Shown here: positions 1 through 10,221 of the stretch, piece by piece
Layout of the letters: every line of letters begins with the position of its first letter
Position numbering within the stretch: the stretch's first letter is position 1
Assembly: GCA_964503755.1 (NCBI GenBank)
Contig: CAZDBO010000001.1
Coordinates: forward strand, 13,933 to 77,932
Source of the DNA: an uncultured Candidatus Saccharibacteria bacterium
GTDB taxonomy: Bacteria; Patescibacteriota; Dojkabacteria; JAOAGR01
DNA: 64,000 bases
Reading direction: 5' to 3'
The notes under the pieces: generated by a model
Seen by the model: the letters and a program-made list of their open reading frames with translations, nothing else
What the model was told of the DNA's origin: nothing
Databases searched by the model: none
Position numbers and translations under genes: made by a program

Positions 1-29
1 AAAATCACAAATATGAAATACAATGAAAA

Positions 30-1460
30 TCAATTAAAAATATAAAAAATACTCAAAAGTATTATCAAAGTTCCTCCAAAAATAGGTAAAATATATTCAA
101 GTTTATCACCAAGTTTATTTTCTAAATTGAGTTTTTTAAATCCATAAAAAATCGTAGTACCAATCAAAATTATACCCACTGCTATACCTATAGAGTAGAG
201 TAAAACAGCCAAAATCCCCAGCATAATCTCCCCTTGAATCAAAAAGAACGTAAAAACAACGGTAGCATTGATACAAGGAGTAATACCACCGACAAAACCT
301 ACCCATAAAATATCTCGTCTAGTTCTAATACGAAAATTCTTAGGCAAATTCAAATGACTATGACCAGTTTCTGAATAACCTGATCTTGCATCATACAAAT
401 AATGTTTTCTGTTTTGCATACCTTGGAAAACAAGATACAATCCTAAAAAGAAAAAAATCACATATCCAAAAATTTCAAATTGTTTCACAATAGTGTTTAG
501 ATATTCAATTTTTTGTAATAAAAATACTGATATACCAACCAAAAATACAATCAAAGTATGAGAAAATGTCAAACTCAAAGCAAGTATTATCAGATCAAAA
601 AAATTGCGTTTTCTCTTGGTTAGAATTACTGTAGAAATCAAGGTCTTACCATGACCGGGAGTCAATGAATGTAGTGTGCCAGCCAGAATCAGAAGACCAG
701 CAAAGGTAAAAAAAACAAAAGGTGATGTAATATCTATTGTTCTAACATAATTTATTATCTTTTCTGCATTGGCTCTAAAATCCCACCAATTGCTATTAAA
801 AAAAGATTTCTGATTACTTTCTGTATTTGTCGAATTTTGATTTTCAGCAGATAAATTATTTTTCTTGGCAAAACGCACTTTATAACTCAAAATATCAATA
901 TTTTCATAATCAGATTGTAAAATTACAGTAGAAAAATATTTATTATCAAACAAATTGTCATCATAATAATAAGAATCACCATATTCATCTTCTGGAATAA
1001 ATCTAAGAGTTGTTTTAAACTTAATCAGATTTTCCTCAGCGTAATTTATATCAACAACTTTCATTCTGAAGCCCCAATAATCATCAAATGATCTAAAATC
1101 TGCTTTTGTTCTCTCTTCAAAAAAGCCTACATATTCGTAATTTAACTCTTTATGATTGATTCTTCCCTGAATATTTGATAAAAGTTCTATAGAAAAAAAT
1201 TTCTCAGCGTCTGAACTATCTAATATTTCATTTTTATTGTAATCAATCTTATCGAATACTTTATCAACCACTATAGGATCCAATCTCAATCGATAATCTA
1301 TAAAAAGATCTTTTTCTTGATAATCAAAAGCAAATTCATGAACAACAAAAGGTATCGGATGAGCATATAAAAGATTAGAAAATAAAAAAATCAATAAAAA
1401 AAATGCAAACATTAAAGATCTAATCATCAAACTATTATAACACTGGAAAATATTTGTCAT
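30..1460 (-). CDS. Fusion membrane protein: N-terminal extracytoplasmic domain plus C-terminal RcnA/NicO-like nickel/cobalt transporter
   Basis: N-terminal signal/TM. C-terminal multipass region has motifs LHSLTPGHGKT and GGITPCINAT, matching RcnA/NicO-family signatures (LHGLEPGHSKT / GGLIPCPAA), with a His-containing loop between them. Confidence 0.55.
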   Translation of the reverse strand: MTNIFQCYNSLMIRSLMFAFFLLIFLFSNLLYAHPIPFVVHEFAFDYQEKDLFIDYRLRLDPIVVDKVFDKIDYNKNEILDSSDAEKFFSIELLSNIQGRINHKELNYEYVGFFEERTKADFRSFDDYWGFRMKVVDINYAEENLIKFKTTLRFIPEDEYGDSYYYDDNLFDNKYFSTVILQSDYENIDILSYKVRFAKKNNLSAENQNSTNTESNQKSFFNSNWWDFRANAEKIINYVRTIDITSPFVFFTFAGLLILAGTLHSLTPGHGKTLISTVILTKRKRNFFDLIILALSLTFSHTLIVFLVGISVFLLQKIEYLNTIVKQFEIFGYVIFFFLGLYLVFQGMQNRKHYLYDARSGYSETGHSHLNLPKNFRIRTRRDILWVGFVGGITPCINATVVFTFFLIQGEIMLGILAVLLYSIGIAVGIILIGTTIFYGFKKLNLENKLGDKLEYILPIFGGTLIILLSIFYIFN

Positions 1461-2837
1461 TCATACAACAAAAATTCCTATCAGTATCAAAGGAATGATA
1501 AGTATTAACGCAAAATATTCGTTTGTTGATTTTCTTTCTATCCTTCGTCTGATTACATAAAGGATATCAAGTGTCATGACACTACCTATGAAAAAAATAG
1601 ATAAAACATTAAATTTCTGTTCGTTAGAGAAAAGAGTAAACTTTTGATTAGGGCCTATTTGATCTTTTATTTTATTATATATTGAGGTAGGGATTATACT
1701 TGCATCTTTTATTTCACTTCTTTGATAACTCCGATTAGACTCATTACCACCAATATCTACAAGTTTTATTTCTATATCGTCTGCAAAATCGCCATCCGAT
1801 AGAATGACATAATAATTCTGAGAGATCTCGTCATAATTTAAATCAATTTCATTGATACTTACATTCTTTAAAATTTCTGATGTACTAAAAAATAATACAA
1901 TCTGATTATTTCCAATTGAGTATTTAAATATTGATTGAATAAATGGAGGTATAGTATCAATAATTACTCTTTTAGGTTCAGAAAGAACACGTTTTGAGTC
2001 CTGTAAATAAGTTACAAGTATTTCATGTATACCATCATCAAAATCAAATGTTTTATTAAAATAATTATCAACTACTGGTAATTCACCAAGCTTGGTATTA
2101 TCTTTAAAAACCTCGACAGTTTTTGTATTTTCAGCATATCCTTGTACATAAATAAATGGATTGTTTTGAATATGATTATCTTGTGGAAGTATTATTTTTA
2201 TAGACTCGTTAAACTCCAAATTAGACTCAGAAACGGGTGTGGCAAACACTTGAACAACAAGATTTGTATATTTTCCTAAAAAATTTCCTTCCACCACTGC
2301 TACTCCTATCTCTTTATAACGTGGTTCTAATATATTTTGTCTATGCGAAGGGCTATTCATCCAAGCATTTACAACATCTATATGGCTATAAAAATCTTTA
2401 GCCAGATTTTCTCCAGCTACATAAAAGGTATAATTAAATTCATTTAAAAAGTATTTTATATTTCTACCTTCAGGATCATAATGGCTCCAATATTGTCTGT
2501 GTAAAAGATCATTTGCTTTCGCTCTAGCTACTTGATTTAGTATTTGATTGGGTTGTAATTCGTTTAATCCGTTCTCTTTTCGCTTTTGATTTGTGAGCTC
2601 GATAATATCTGATGAATCATAATTTGCAGCAAAAGCAAGTGAAGAAAAATTAAATTTAGCATCATCAAACATAAAAAAGTTAACTATCAAAACGAAAATA
2701 CTAAAGATTAATATTGAAAAATGTCTTAAAAAATAAGGATGATAATTATTTTTTTCACTATGTAAAAAAGAAATATGTAAGATATGAAAAATTTTCTTTT
2801 TAAAATTTATTAAAAATAGGGCAGTGATTTTTGACAT
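1461..2837 (-). CDS. CAP/SCP (PR-1-like) domain extracellular protein with N- and C-terminal TM anchors
   Basis: Central region YWSHYDPEGRN...GENLAKDF...WMNSPSHRQNIL...EIGVAVV resembles a CAP/SCP/YkwD domain. Hydrophobic segments at both ends. Confidence 0.5.
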   Translation of the reverse strand: MSKITALFLINFKKKIFHILHISFLHSEKNNYHPYFLRHFSILIFSIFVLIVNFFMFDDAKFNFSSLAFAANYDSSDIIELTNQKRKENGLNELQPNQILNQVARAKANDLLHRQYWSHYDPEGRNIKYFLNEFNYTFYVAGENLAKDFYSHIDVVNAWMNSPSHRQNILEPRYKEIGVAVVEGNFLGKYTNLVVQVFATPVSESNLEFNESIKIILPQDNHIQNNPFIYVQGYAENTKTVEVFKDNTKLGELPVVDNYFNKTFDFDDGIHEILVTYLQDSKRVLSEPKRVIIDTIPPFIQSIFKYSIGNNQIVLFFSTSEILKNVSINEIDLNYDEISQNYYVILSDGDFADDIEIKLVDIGGNESNRSYQRSEIKDASIIPTSIYNKIKDQIGPNQKFTLFSNEQKFNVLSIFFIGSVMTLDILYVIRRRIERKSTNEYFALILIIPLILIGIFVV

Positions 2838-2871
2838 AAGACTAACTTTGCGGTGTTAGATTATTTTTATT

Positions 2872-5800
2872 TTAATTATATTTTTGTACATCTTCACCTG
2901 TTATTCCGTACTTTGCTTTTAATTGGTTCAAATACTCTTCATCACTGCTAGTTTGTGTCGACGTTTGCGTCGAATTGACATCACTTGTAAATCCAGTATT
3001 TGTTTGATCATTGTTAGAACATTGAGAATATTGGTTGTTCGAATATTGAATACTACTATTCTGATTTTGTGTATCAGTTGTTGTATTTGATGCTGATTGA
3101 TTATTCACAAGATTATCAATCTGTCCTGTATCTACAGGAACTCCATATTTTTGTTTCATTTCATCGACAAAATCCGCATCTGGATGATAATAACTCATTT
3201 GTTGATTCTGATTGGATTGTGATGTTTGAGTAAATTGATTATCTGAAGATACATCATTCATCACCTGAGTTGAGTTGTTGTTTTGATCCTGTGAGGAATT
3301 TTGTTGTTGTAGACCACTAGTATTAGAAAAGGCCGTCAAATCTGTTGTTTGTTGGTTTGAATAATTGTTTGTCGTACTGTCAAAATTATTATAAGGTTGA
3401 TTTTGATATTGTTGTAATGAACTAAAATTCATCATATTAATATCAGATCCATAATTTTCACCTGTCTGAGAAATCGTTTCGCTAGAATATGTTGTCGAAC
3501 CTCCATTAAACGTTTGCAAACCACCTGACGCATATCCATCACTACTTTGTAGTTGATTTGAAGTATTTTGTGTTGTGAAATCTGGATTTTGACTTGTAAA
3601 TGTTTGATTTGTTTCGTTTTGCTGATTCGATTGTTTCGGATCATAATTTGATTGCAAATTTTGAGTTTGAGTAATTTGAGCTTGGTCAGTTTGGTTAGTA
3701 TAACCTTGCTGCAAATATGGATTTGGATTTACATATTGATTATATAAAGCCTGATTATCAAGCATCATAGCAGATATTGCTTGATTCGCTGTATTCATTT
3801 CTTGTGGTGGTACTTTATAACCTGTTTGTAGTGGCATTACTCCAGCAGGAATGTCATATTCATTAAATTCATTTTCAAGATTTCCTTGTCTTTGATCACG
3901 TATAGATTTGATGAATTTAACAAAATAATATCCCACTACAATCATTATGACAACAATAATAAAACCAATGACTATAAGTGCTATATTTCGATCTATACCA
4001 AATATTGTAGCTTGTCTTATTACATCAGGATTAGTAGGATTTGGGGAAGCTGTAACTTTGATATTAAATGTCCAAACTCTCTGCGCTATGTCACCGTCAC
4101 GATTTATTAACTTTACCTCAACTTTTACCGTACTACCAGCATAATCCGAGACAGGATCGAATACCGCACTATTCTGTGTGATACTAGTAAACTTGAACTC
4201 TATATCATTTATCTTTATGTAACTATCTTCTCGTGACACTGGCGATGAAGACTCGAATTCTACAAAAATACGTTCACGTCTATTTTCTACAGTATTGTTT
4301 TCTGCAGGCGAAACTTGCAATATTTTTAGTTTTTTCTCTTCTTGTTTTGTCAATTCAAACTGTTCAGAAACAGCACTAGCTTTTACATCCTCATTTGGTG
4401 CTTTTGCAAAAGCTGTAACTTTGATGAAATATTTTCCATTTACAATTTTTTCATCGTTTGAAAAATCCCATTGATACTTTCTAGCATCAGCTGGCAAAGT
4501 AGTGATCAAAGTATAATTTATACCATCTTGAGAGTATTCCACTGTAATCTTTTCTATCGAATCTCCACCAGATGTAACCTCCCATCTGATTTCATTATTT
4601 TTCGAATCAAACTTTGTACTTGCTCTTGGTGATGTAACTGTAAGCTTTATTTCTGGTATTGGTTGGGGCGTAGGTGTTGTAGTAATAGTTGGTCTTGGTG
4701 TCGAGGTAACTGTAGGTTGAGTTGGGACACTTGTAATTTTAGGACGTGGAGTTGATGTCGTCGTGGGTTGAGGTTGTGGATTATAGCCACTATTTATGTT
4801 GATTGTGAGAGGATGAACTATATTTCCACCTCTACCATCAGTGACTAATATCAATAATCCAACAATATCTTGACTGCGGGGCGCACTACCAGTTATCTTA
4901 TTATCATTTAATTTGATCCAATCTGAATATCTGTCATTTAGAATACGAAATTCTAATTTATCTCCATCAGGATCAGTAGCATTGATTGTATAATCAAGAC
5001 TGCTACCAGGTCTGATAAATACCTCTCTTGGTGAGTTAACTACAGGAAAAGAATTTGCAAATCTGAGTCTAGGATCACCACCAAACGCACCAATATCTAT
5101 CCTACTTCCATTAATCTTATCTTTCTCTGAGGGATCACCCTTATCACGAATAGCCGAATTAGGTTGCAATTGATATTCATTAGATGCGATAAAACCTGAG
5201 TCTACAGACAAGTTATTATTAGCTGAACCTGTTGCCAATGTCTGTGGTTCATAATTTGTTCCGTTTTGAAAAGAATTACTATATGTTACTGTGGATCTTG
5301 GACTTTTGATACTTATACCTTTTCCTTTATTTCCTTGAACCGTTGTATTTTTAACGTTAACAGAGGAAATCTGCCCTGATTCTACTATTCCATCACCATT
5401 ATCAACAATTGTTACATTTTTTATCTGGACATTACCGGACTTTATCAAAACAGCCTCTTTTGCAGATCTTGCAATAATTGTGTTTATTACTATAGATTCT
5501 ATAGATTGTGTTTCAGAATTAAATTCGACACCATAATCTGTCGAATCATAAATAACGGTATTGTTGAGATTAATAGCCCCTTTTACTAATTTAATAGCAC
5601 CTTTAGTCTTATCAATCTTTGACTCTGATACTTCAACTATACCAGAAACTCGCAAAGCAACATCCTGAGAATTTGTAATATGAGTATTTAGTATACGAAC
5701 TTTTAGTGGATTATCTTGAAAAGTTCTATTTCCATCAACAGTATTATCAACATTGATTGCTGGACCTTGTGTACCGGTAATTTTAAGATTACTTATCTCT

Positions 5801-6177
5801 ACACTTGCATTCTTTATTATAAAAGTACTTGCAGAACCATTGCCGGTAATCACTGTATTTTCCCCACCACTTCCAATAATTCTTAATTTCTTATTTTGAA
5901 TTAAAATACCATTTTGCGGGACAGAATATGAACCAGACTTTAATATAATAGCATCAGAATCTGAAGCATTTTGAATAACTTGTTGTAGACTTTGAGATGA
6001 ATCTATCCTTATTACATTTCCAGCTGCTTCAAACTCATTATTTAAACTTGTATTTTGTAAAAATAGCAAAGTTACAAAAGCTGTTATAAATAGTACTAAT
6101 ACAATAACAAGAGCAATAAAAGGTAAAAACACCTTTCTCTTATCTTCATATGAAAGATTTAGCTTCCTTGAACTCAC
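2872..6177 (-). CDS. Large cell-surface protein: TM anchor, right-handed beta-helix repeats, Pro/Thr linker, Ig-like region, second TM, and a long Q/N/S/T-rich low-complexity tail
   Basis: N-terminal TM. Repetitive N-x-T/V-x-N beta-helix-like segments. Linker TSTPRPKITSVPTQPTVTSTPRPTITTTPTPQP. TM IALIVIGFIIVVIMIVVGYYFV followed by about 370 aa rich in Q/N/S/T. Confidence 0.6.
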   Translation of the reverse strand: MSSRKLNLSYEDKRKVFLPFIALVIVLVLFITAFVTLLFLQNTSLNNEFEAAGNVIRIDSSQSLQQVIQNASDSDAIILKSGSYSVPQNGILIQNKKLRIIGSGGENTVITGNGSASTFIIKNASVEISNLKITGTQGPAINVDNTVDGNRTFQDNPLKVRILNTHITNSQDVALRVSGIVEVSESKIDKTKGAIKLVKGAINLNNTVIYDSTDYGVEFNSETQSIESIVINTIIARSAKEAVLIKSGNVQIKNVTIVDNGDGIVESGQISSVNVKNTTVQGNKGKGISIKSPRSTVTYSNSFQNGTNYEPQTLATGSANNNLSVDSGFIASNEYQLQPNSAIRDKGDPSEKDKINGSRIDIGAFGGDPRLRFANSFPVVNSPREVFIRPGSSLDYTINATDPDGDKLEFRILNDRYSDWIKLNDNKITGSAPRSQDIVGLLILVTDGRGGNIVHPLTININSGYNPQPQPTTTSTPRPKITSVPTQPTVTSTPRPTITTTPTPQPIPEIKLTVTSPRASTKFDSKNNEIRWEVTSGGDSIEKITVEYSQDGINYTLITTLPADARKYQWDFSNDEKIVNGKYFIKVTAFAKAPNEDVKASAVSEQFELTKQEEKKLKILQVSPAENNTVENRRERIFVEFESSSPVSREDSYIKINDIEFKFTSITQNSAVFDPVSDYAGSTVKVEVKLINRDGDIAQRVWTFNIKVTASPNPTNPDVIRQATIFGIDRNIALIVIGFIIVVIMIVVGYYFVKFIKSIRDQRQGNLENEFNEYDIPAGVMPLQTGYKVPPQEMNTANQAISAMMLDNQALYNQYVNPNPYLQQGYTNQTDQAQITQTQNLQSNYDPKQSNQQNETNQTFTSQNPDFTTQNTSNQLQSSDGYASGGLQTFNGGSTTYSSETISQTGENYGSDINMMNFSSLQQYQNQPYNNFDSTTNNYSNQQTTDLTAFSNTSGLQQQNSSQDQNNNSTQVMNDVSSDNQFTQTSQSNQNQQMSYYHPDADFVDEMKQKYGVPVDTGQIDNLVNNQSASNTTTDTQNQNSSIQYSNNQYSQCSNNDQTNTGFTSDVNSTQTSTQTSSDEEYLNQLKAKYGITGEDVQKYN

Positions 6178-6213
6178 ATTAAAATATTAGTATAAATCTA
6201 AAATAAATACCAT

Positions 6214-6888
6214 ATGACTATTATCAAACTTGGTGGCTCAGTAATCCAAGAGTCATTAGAACAAATAAATCCTCTATTAAATGAATTTGTAAAAAAAATA
6301 GAAAAAGAATTTGAAAAAGCAGTTATAACTGTAGGTGGAGGACTTATAAGTAGACTTTTTCAAAAATATGCCGCCGAACATGGAGCAACAATAAAAGATC
6401 AACACCAGATAGGTATAAGATCACTACTTTTACAAGCAGAATTAGTAAAGTCCATATTTGATCAAAAAAGAACTTATCCAATACTTATAGACAATAAAAA
6501 GAAACTAATGCATGCAATAAAATTGGTAAAAAAATATGATTTTTTTATCACAGGTGCTTGGAACATCGGAAAATCTTCCGACTTTGAAACAATAAAAAAT
6601 GCAATTTATTTTAATACAAAAGAAGTTTTAAGAATAACAAATGTTGATTATGTCTACGACTCTGACCCACGACAAAATCCTAACGCAAAAATAATAACAG
6701 AACTTACATGGGAGGAATATCTAAATATCATTGGGAATCCAAAAGAACATGAACCCGGCAAATCCTATCCAGTTGATCCTTTTGCTGCCAAACTTGCACA
6801 AAAACATAAAATTACGATGAGGTTAACTAGTTTAAAGTCCTTTTTAGAAAATAATGTTAGCGAATTAAAAGGTAGTAAAATAACATAA
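6214..6888 (+). CDS. pyrH: UMP kinase, short archaeal-type (amino-acid kinase family)
   Basis: KLGGSV...VITVGGG N-terminal kinase motifs, GAWNIGKSSD, and ITNVDYVYDSDPRQNPNAKI match archaeal-type PyrH. Length 224 aa. Confidence 0.65.
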   Translation: MTIIKLGGSVIQESLEQINPLLNEFVKKIEKEFEKAVITVGGGLISRLFQKYAAEHGATIKDQHQIGIRSLLLQAELVKSIFDQKRTYPILIDNKKKLMHAIKLVKKYDFFITGAWNIGKSSDFETIKNAIYFNTKEVLRITNVDYVYDSDPRQNPNAKIITELTWEEYLNIIGNPKEHEPGKSYPVDPFAAKLAQKHKITMRLTSLKSFLENNVSELKGSKIT

Positions 6889-7044
6889 ATAATTATAATT
6901 AATTTTATTTATTCTCAAACAACTCAAAAAAGAATAAAATCAATTAATTCACAAAAACAACTGCAAAACCACTATCAAAATAAACATCAAAAACATAAAC
7001 AATACACTCATAAAAGCTAATTTAATTTTTTCTACCAACATAAA

Positions 7045-8085
7045 TTATTTATTTGGCAACAAGATATTTTTCGTTTTTTCTGCTATTTCCTTAGCTAATT
7101 TAGCATCATTTTTAAGAGTTTCTTTTACCCCTTCCTTTCCATTACCTAACTGTTTATCTTCATATTTATACCATCCTGCATTTTTTTGTATCACACCGGC
7201 ATCGATAGCGGCAGAAATTAGTGATGAATATTTATCAATACCTTGTGGATAGATAATGCCAAATTCTGTTTCCCTGAAGGGTGGAGCTACTTTATTTTTA
7301 ACAACCTTTACTTTTACGGTATTACCAATTACATTTCCATCTTTATCCGTAATTTTTTCACCTTTTCTTATCTCTATACGGACAGATGCATAAAATTTTA
7401 ATGCATTACCACCAGTGGTAGTCTCAGGATTTCCAAACATAACCCCAATTTTCATACGAATCTGATTAAGGAAAATAACTGTAGTCTTGGATTTATTAGC
7501 AACAGCAGTCAATTTTCTGAGAGCCTGTGACATAAGTCTTGCTTGTACACCTATCTGAGCATCTCCCATCTCTCCTTCTATTTCTGATTTTGGGGTTAAT
7601 GCTGCAACAGAATCTATAACTATCAAATCTACTGCACCAGAACGTACTAAAGTCTCTGCAATTTCCAAAGCTTGTTCACCATAATCTGGCTGTGATATAA
7701 GCATATTTTCTACATCTACACCAATAGATTTTGCGTATTTAGGATCCAGTGCATGTTCAGCATCTATATAAGCAACAACTCCTCCGTTTTTTTGTGTCTC
7801 TGCTGCTATATGCAAAGCTAGAGTAGTTTTACCTGATGATTCTGGTCCAAAAATCTCAATTATACGTCCTCTCGGGACTCCACCAACACCAAGTACAATA
7901 TCAAGGGATAATGCACCTGTTGGAATCACCTCTACATTCTCAGCACTTTTATCACTCATCTTCATGATAGATCCTTTGCCGAATTGTTTTTCTATCTGAC
8001 TGAGCGCTGCTTGCAAAGCCGCCTTCTTGGCTGTATTTTGGGTAGACGCAGTCTGTGATGCCTGTATATTTTTATCTTCTTTCAT
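7045..8085 (-). CDS. recA: Recombinase RecA
   Basis: [15 protein letters not shown], Walker [14 protein letters not shown], and IDAEHALD are canonical RecA motifs. Confidence 0.95.
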   Translation of the reverse strand: MKEDKNIQASQTASTQNTAKKAALQAALSQIEKQFGKGSIMKMSDKSAENVEVIPTGALSLDIVLGVGGVPRGRIIEIFGPESSGKTTLALHIAAETQKNGGVVAYIDAEHALDPKYAKSIGVDVENMLISQPDYGEQALEIAETLVRSGAVDLIVIDSVAALTPKSEIEGEMGDAQIGVQARLMSQALRKLTAVANKSKTTVIFLNQIRMKIGVMFGNPETTTGGNALKFYASVRIEIRKGEKITDKDGNVIGNTVKVKVVKNKVAPPFRETEFGIIYPQGIDKYSSLISAAIDAGVIQKNAGWYKYEDKQLGNGKEGVKETLKNDAKLAKEIAEKTKNILLPNK

Positions 8086-8132
8086 ACTTACTAAGCATGA
8101 GTATATAATAACTTAAGCTTAATAAAAACATC

Positions 8133-9185
8133 ATGAACATTTTTATCCTTGGTCCTACTTCGACAGGAAAAACAAATTTAGCATTTTTTTGGGCAAAAAG
8201 ATTTAATCTTCCAATTTTTAATTGTGATGCAATACAGGTCTATAAAAACCTTAATAAACTAACAAATAAACCTAAATTTGATTCTCAAATCTTTTTAGAT
8301 GGTGAATACGTATCCATAATTGATAGCAATTCAATAAACGAAAATTTTTCATTAGAAAACATAGAAATACAGCTAATAACTCAAAATACAATAATTTCTG
8401 ATGTAAGTTTAGAACAGGCAATCAATTCACTCGAAAATTTAAACATAACAAAAACTTCATCAAATCAAATAAAAAACTTTCTATTTGATATTAAAAATCC
8501 TGGTGAAAATTATTCTGTGAAAGAATTTATTAATGATTTTGATAGGATAACTAAAAAATTCAAATTTACAAATAATCTAATTGTAGGCGGAACTATTTAT
8601 TACGCATATCATTTACTTTTTAATACTGAATTTGAGTATGATAATTTAAATGAAGAAACTAAAGATATTGACTTAGATACAGCAAAAAAAATTGTAGAAA
8701 GTTTTACCAATAAACACGGAATAAACTTAGATGTAAAAAATCCACGAAGAATAATTAAATATTACAAACTAATCAAAAATTATGGTGATGAATTTATAGA
8801 AATATATTACAAAAATCAAAAATTAAACAATGATTATTTAGTGATTTTACTACTGCCTAAAAATAGAGAACTATACTATCAAAAGCTCGATAATGTCGTA
8901 GATAAAAGATTCTGTGATGATTCGTTTGAAGAGATAAATTTTTTGCTTAAATCAGGCGTATCTAAATCTTGGTTAGAAAAAGTATCTTATGAATACAAAT
9001 ACTTTGTCAAAATTTATGAATTATTAAAAAATAATAAAAACAATAAACAAGATATAGACTATTTGCTTCAAGAATTAAAATACAAAGAGCACCAATATGC
9101 CAAAAGACAGATTACTTGGACAAGAAAGCTAAAAAGAGATTTATTAAGATTTAATAATCCCGCTACCAATAATCTCATCACCTGA
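8133..9185 (+). CDS. miaA: tRNA dimethylallyltransferase (MiaA) carrying a roughly 90-aa internal insertion
   Basis: N-terminal ILGPTSTGKT P-loop, DAIQVYKNLNKLTNKP, and C-terminal YAKRQITWTRK match MiaA signatures. Confidence 0.75.
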   Translation: MNIFILGPTSTGKTNLAFFWAKRFNLPIFNCDAIQVYKNLNKLTNKPKFDSQIFLDGEYVSIIDSNSINENFSLENIEIQLITQNTIISDVSLEQAINSLENLNITKTSSNQIKNFLFDIKNPGENYSVKEFINDFDRITKKFKFTNNLIVGGTIYYAYHLLFNTEFEYDNLNEETKDIDLDTAKKIVESFTNKHGINLDVKNPRRIIKYYKLIKNYGDEFIEIYYKNQKLNNDYLVILLLPKNRELYYQKLDNVVDKRFCDDSFEEINFLLKSGVSKSWLEKVSYEYKYFVKIYELLKNNKNNKQDIDYLLQELKYKEHQYAKRQITWTRKLKRDLLRFNNPATNNLIT

Positions 9186-10214
9186 TATCAGACATCCCAC
9201 CTGTCCTGGTGATACTGTAAAAGCTTTAGTTTCTAAACGTAAAACTAAATTATTATTATCCCATTCATAAGCGACACAACGAATAGGTTCTTGTTGATAT
9301 CGCAAAACTACAAATAGATTATTCAATTTATCTAATTTTCGTATATTTTCTTCATAAGTCCAAACCAAATCTTCTAAAATCACAAAATCTTTGTATAAAA
9401 ATGGATTATTTCTTCCTCTAGCAACAAACACAATATTAGAATTCAAGTCTTTTTTCACAACATACCAAGGACCACCTCCAAGCCCCAATCCTTCACGCTG
9501 TCCGATAGTATAAAACCACAAACCATGATGCTTTCCCAAAATTTTGTTAGTCTCTATATCGACAATATCGCCATCTTTCATACCAAGTTCGCTTCGTAAA
9601 AATTCACGTACATTTATCTTACCAACAAAACAAATACCTTGACTGTCCTTTTTTAGAGCAACAGGCAATCCAGCATCTGATGCAATCTTGCGTACCTCCT
9701 GTTTAGTCGTCCCTCCCAGAGGGAAAATAGATTTTGATAGTTCTTCTTGTGTTAGTCTACATAAAAAATATGATTGATCTTTTGATCGATCTATTCCTCT
9801 AAAAAGACCATAATAACTCCATAATTTTTGTATTCTTGCATAATGTCCAGTCGCTATTTTATCTACACCAAATCTCTCAATAGCTTTTTTAAGAAATAAA
9901 CCAAACTTGATTTCAGAATTACAAAACACATCAGGATTTGGTGTGCGACCATTTTTATATTCATCAAAAAAATAATTAATAACTCTTTCCCTATATTCTC
10001 TTTCAAAATTAAAAGTATAAAAGGGAATCTGTAAAAATTCACAAATTTGCATTGCGTCATTTTGATCCTTTTCCCACGGACAATCACCCTTTAAGCCATA
10101 ATCATCAGACCAGTTTTTCATAAATATACCGATGACTTCATGACCCTGCAATTTCAAAATATAAGCTGTTACAGCACTATCAACACCTCCAGATAATGCA
10201 ACCGCAATTTTCAT
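9144..10214 (-). CDS. mnmA: tRNA-specific 2-thiouridylase MnmA
   Basis: PP-loop SGGVDSAV at the N-terminus. MnmA-like length and motifs including catalytic Cys regions. Confidence 0.9.
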   Translation of the reverse strand: MKIAVALSGGVDSAVTAYILKLQGHEVIGIFMKNWSDDYGLKGDCPWEKDQNDAMQICEFLQIPFYTFNFEREYRERVINYFFDEYKNGRTPNPDVFCNSEIKFGLFLKKAIERFGVDKIATGHYARIQKLWSYYGLFRGIDRSKDQSYFLCRLTQEELSKSIFPLGGTTKQEVRKIASDAGLPVALKKDSQGICFVGKINVREFLRSELGMKDGDIVDIETNKILGKHHGLWFYTIGQREGLGLGGGPWYVVKKDLNSNIVFVARGRNNPFLYKDFVILEDLVWTYEENIRKLDKLNNLFVVLRYQQEPIRCVAYEWDNNNLVLRLETKAFTVSPGQVGCLISGDEIIGSGIIKS

Positions 10215-10221
10215 ATTTTGA

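Noticed and set aside
3000-3900. Highly repetitive DNA that could be mistaken for a repeat array or CRISPR
   Set aside because: The repetition is irregular and codon-level (encoding the Q/N/S/T-rich tail). There are no fixed-length direct repeats with unique spacers.
3432-4144. Short ORFs (3432-3644 minus; 3886-4110 and 3947-4144 plus) inside the 1101-aa surface-protein gene
   Set aside because: They lie wholly within or antisense to a long, well-supported CDS of low-complexity sequence. They are typical spurious frames in repetitive Q/N-coding DNA.
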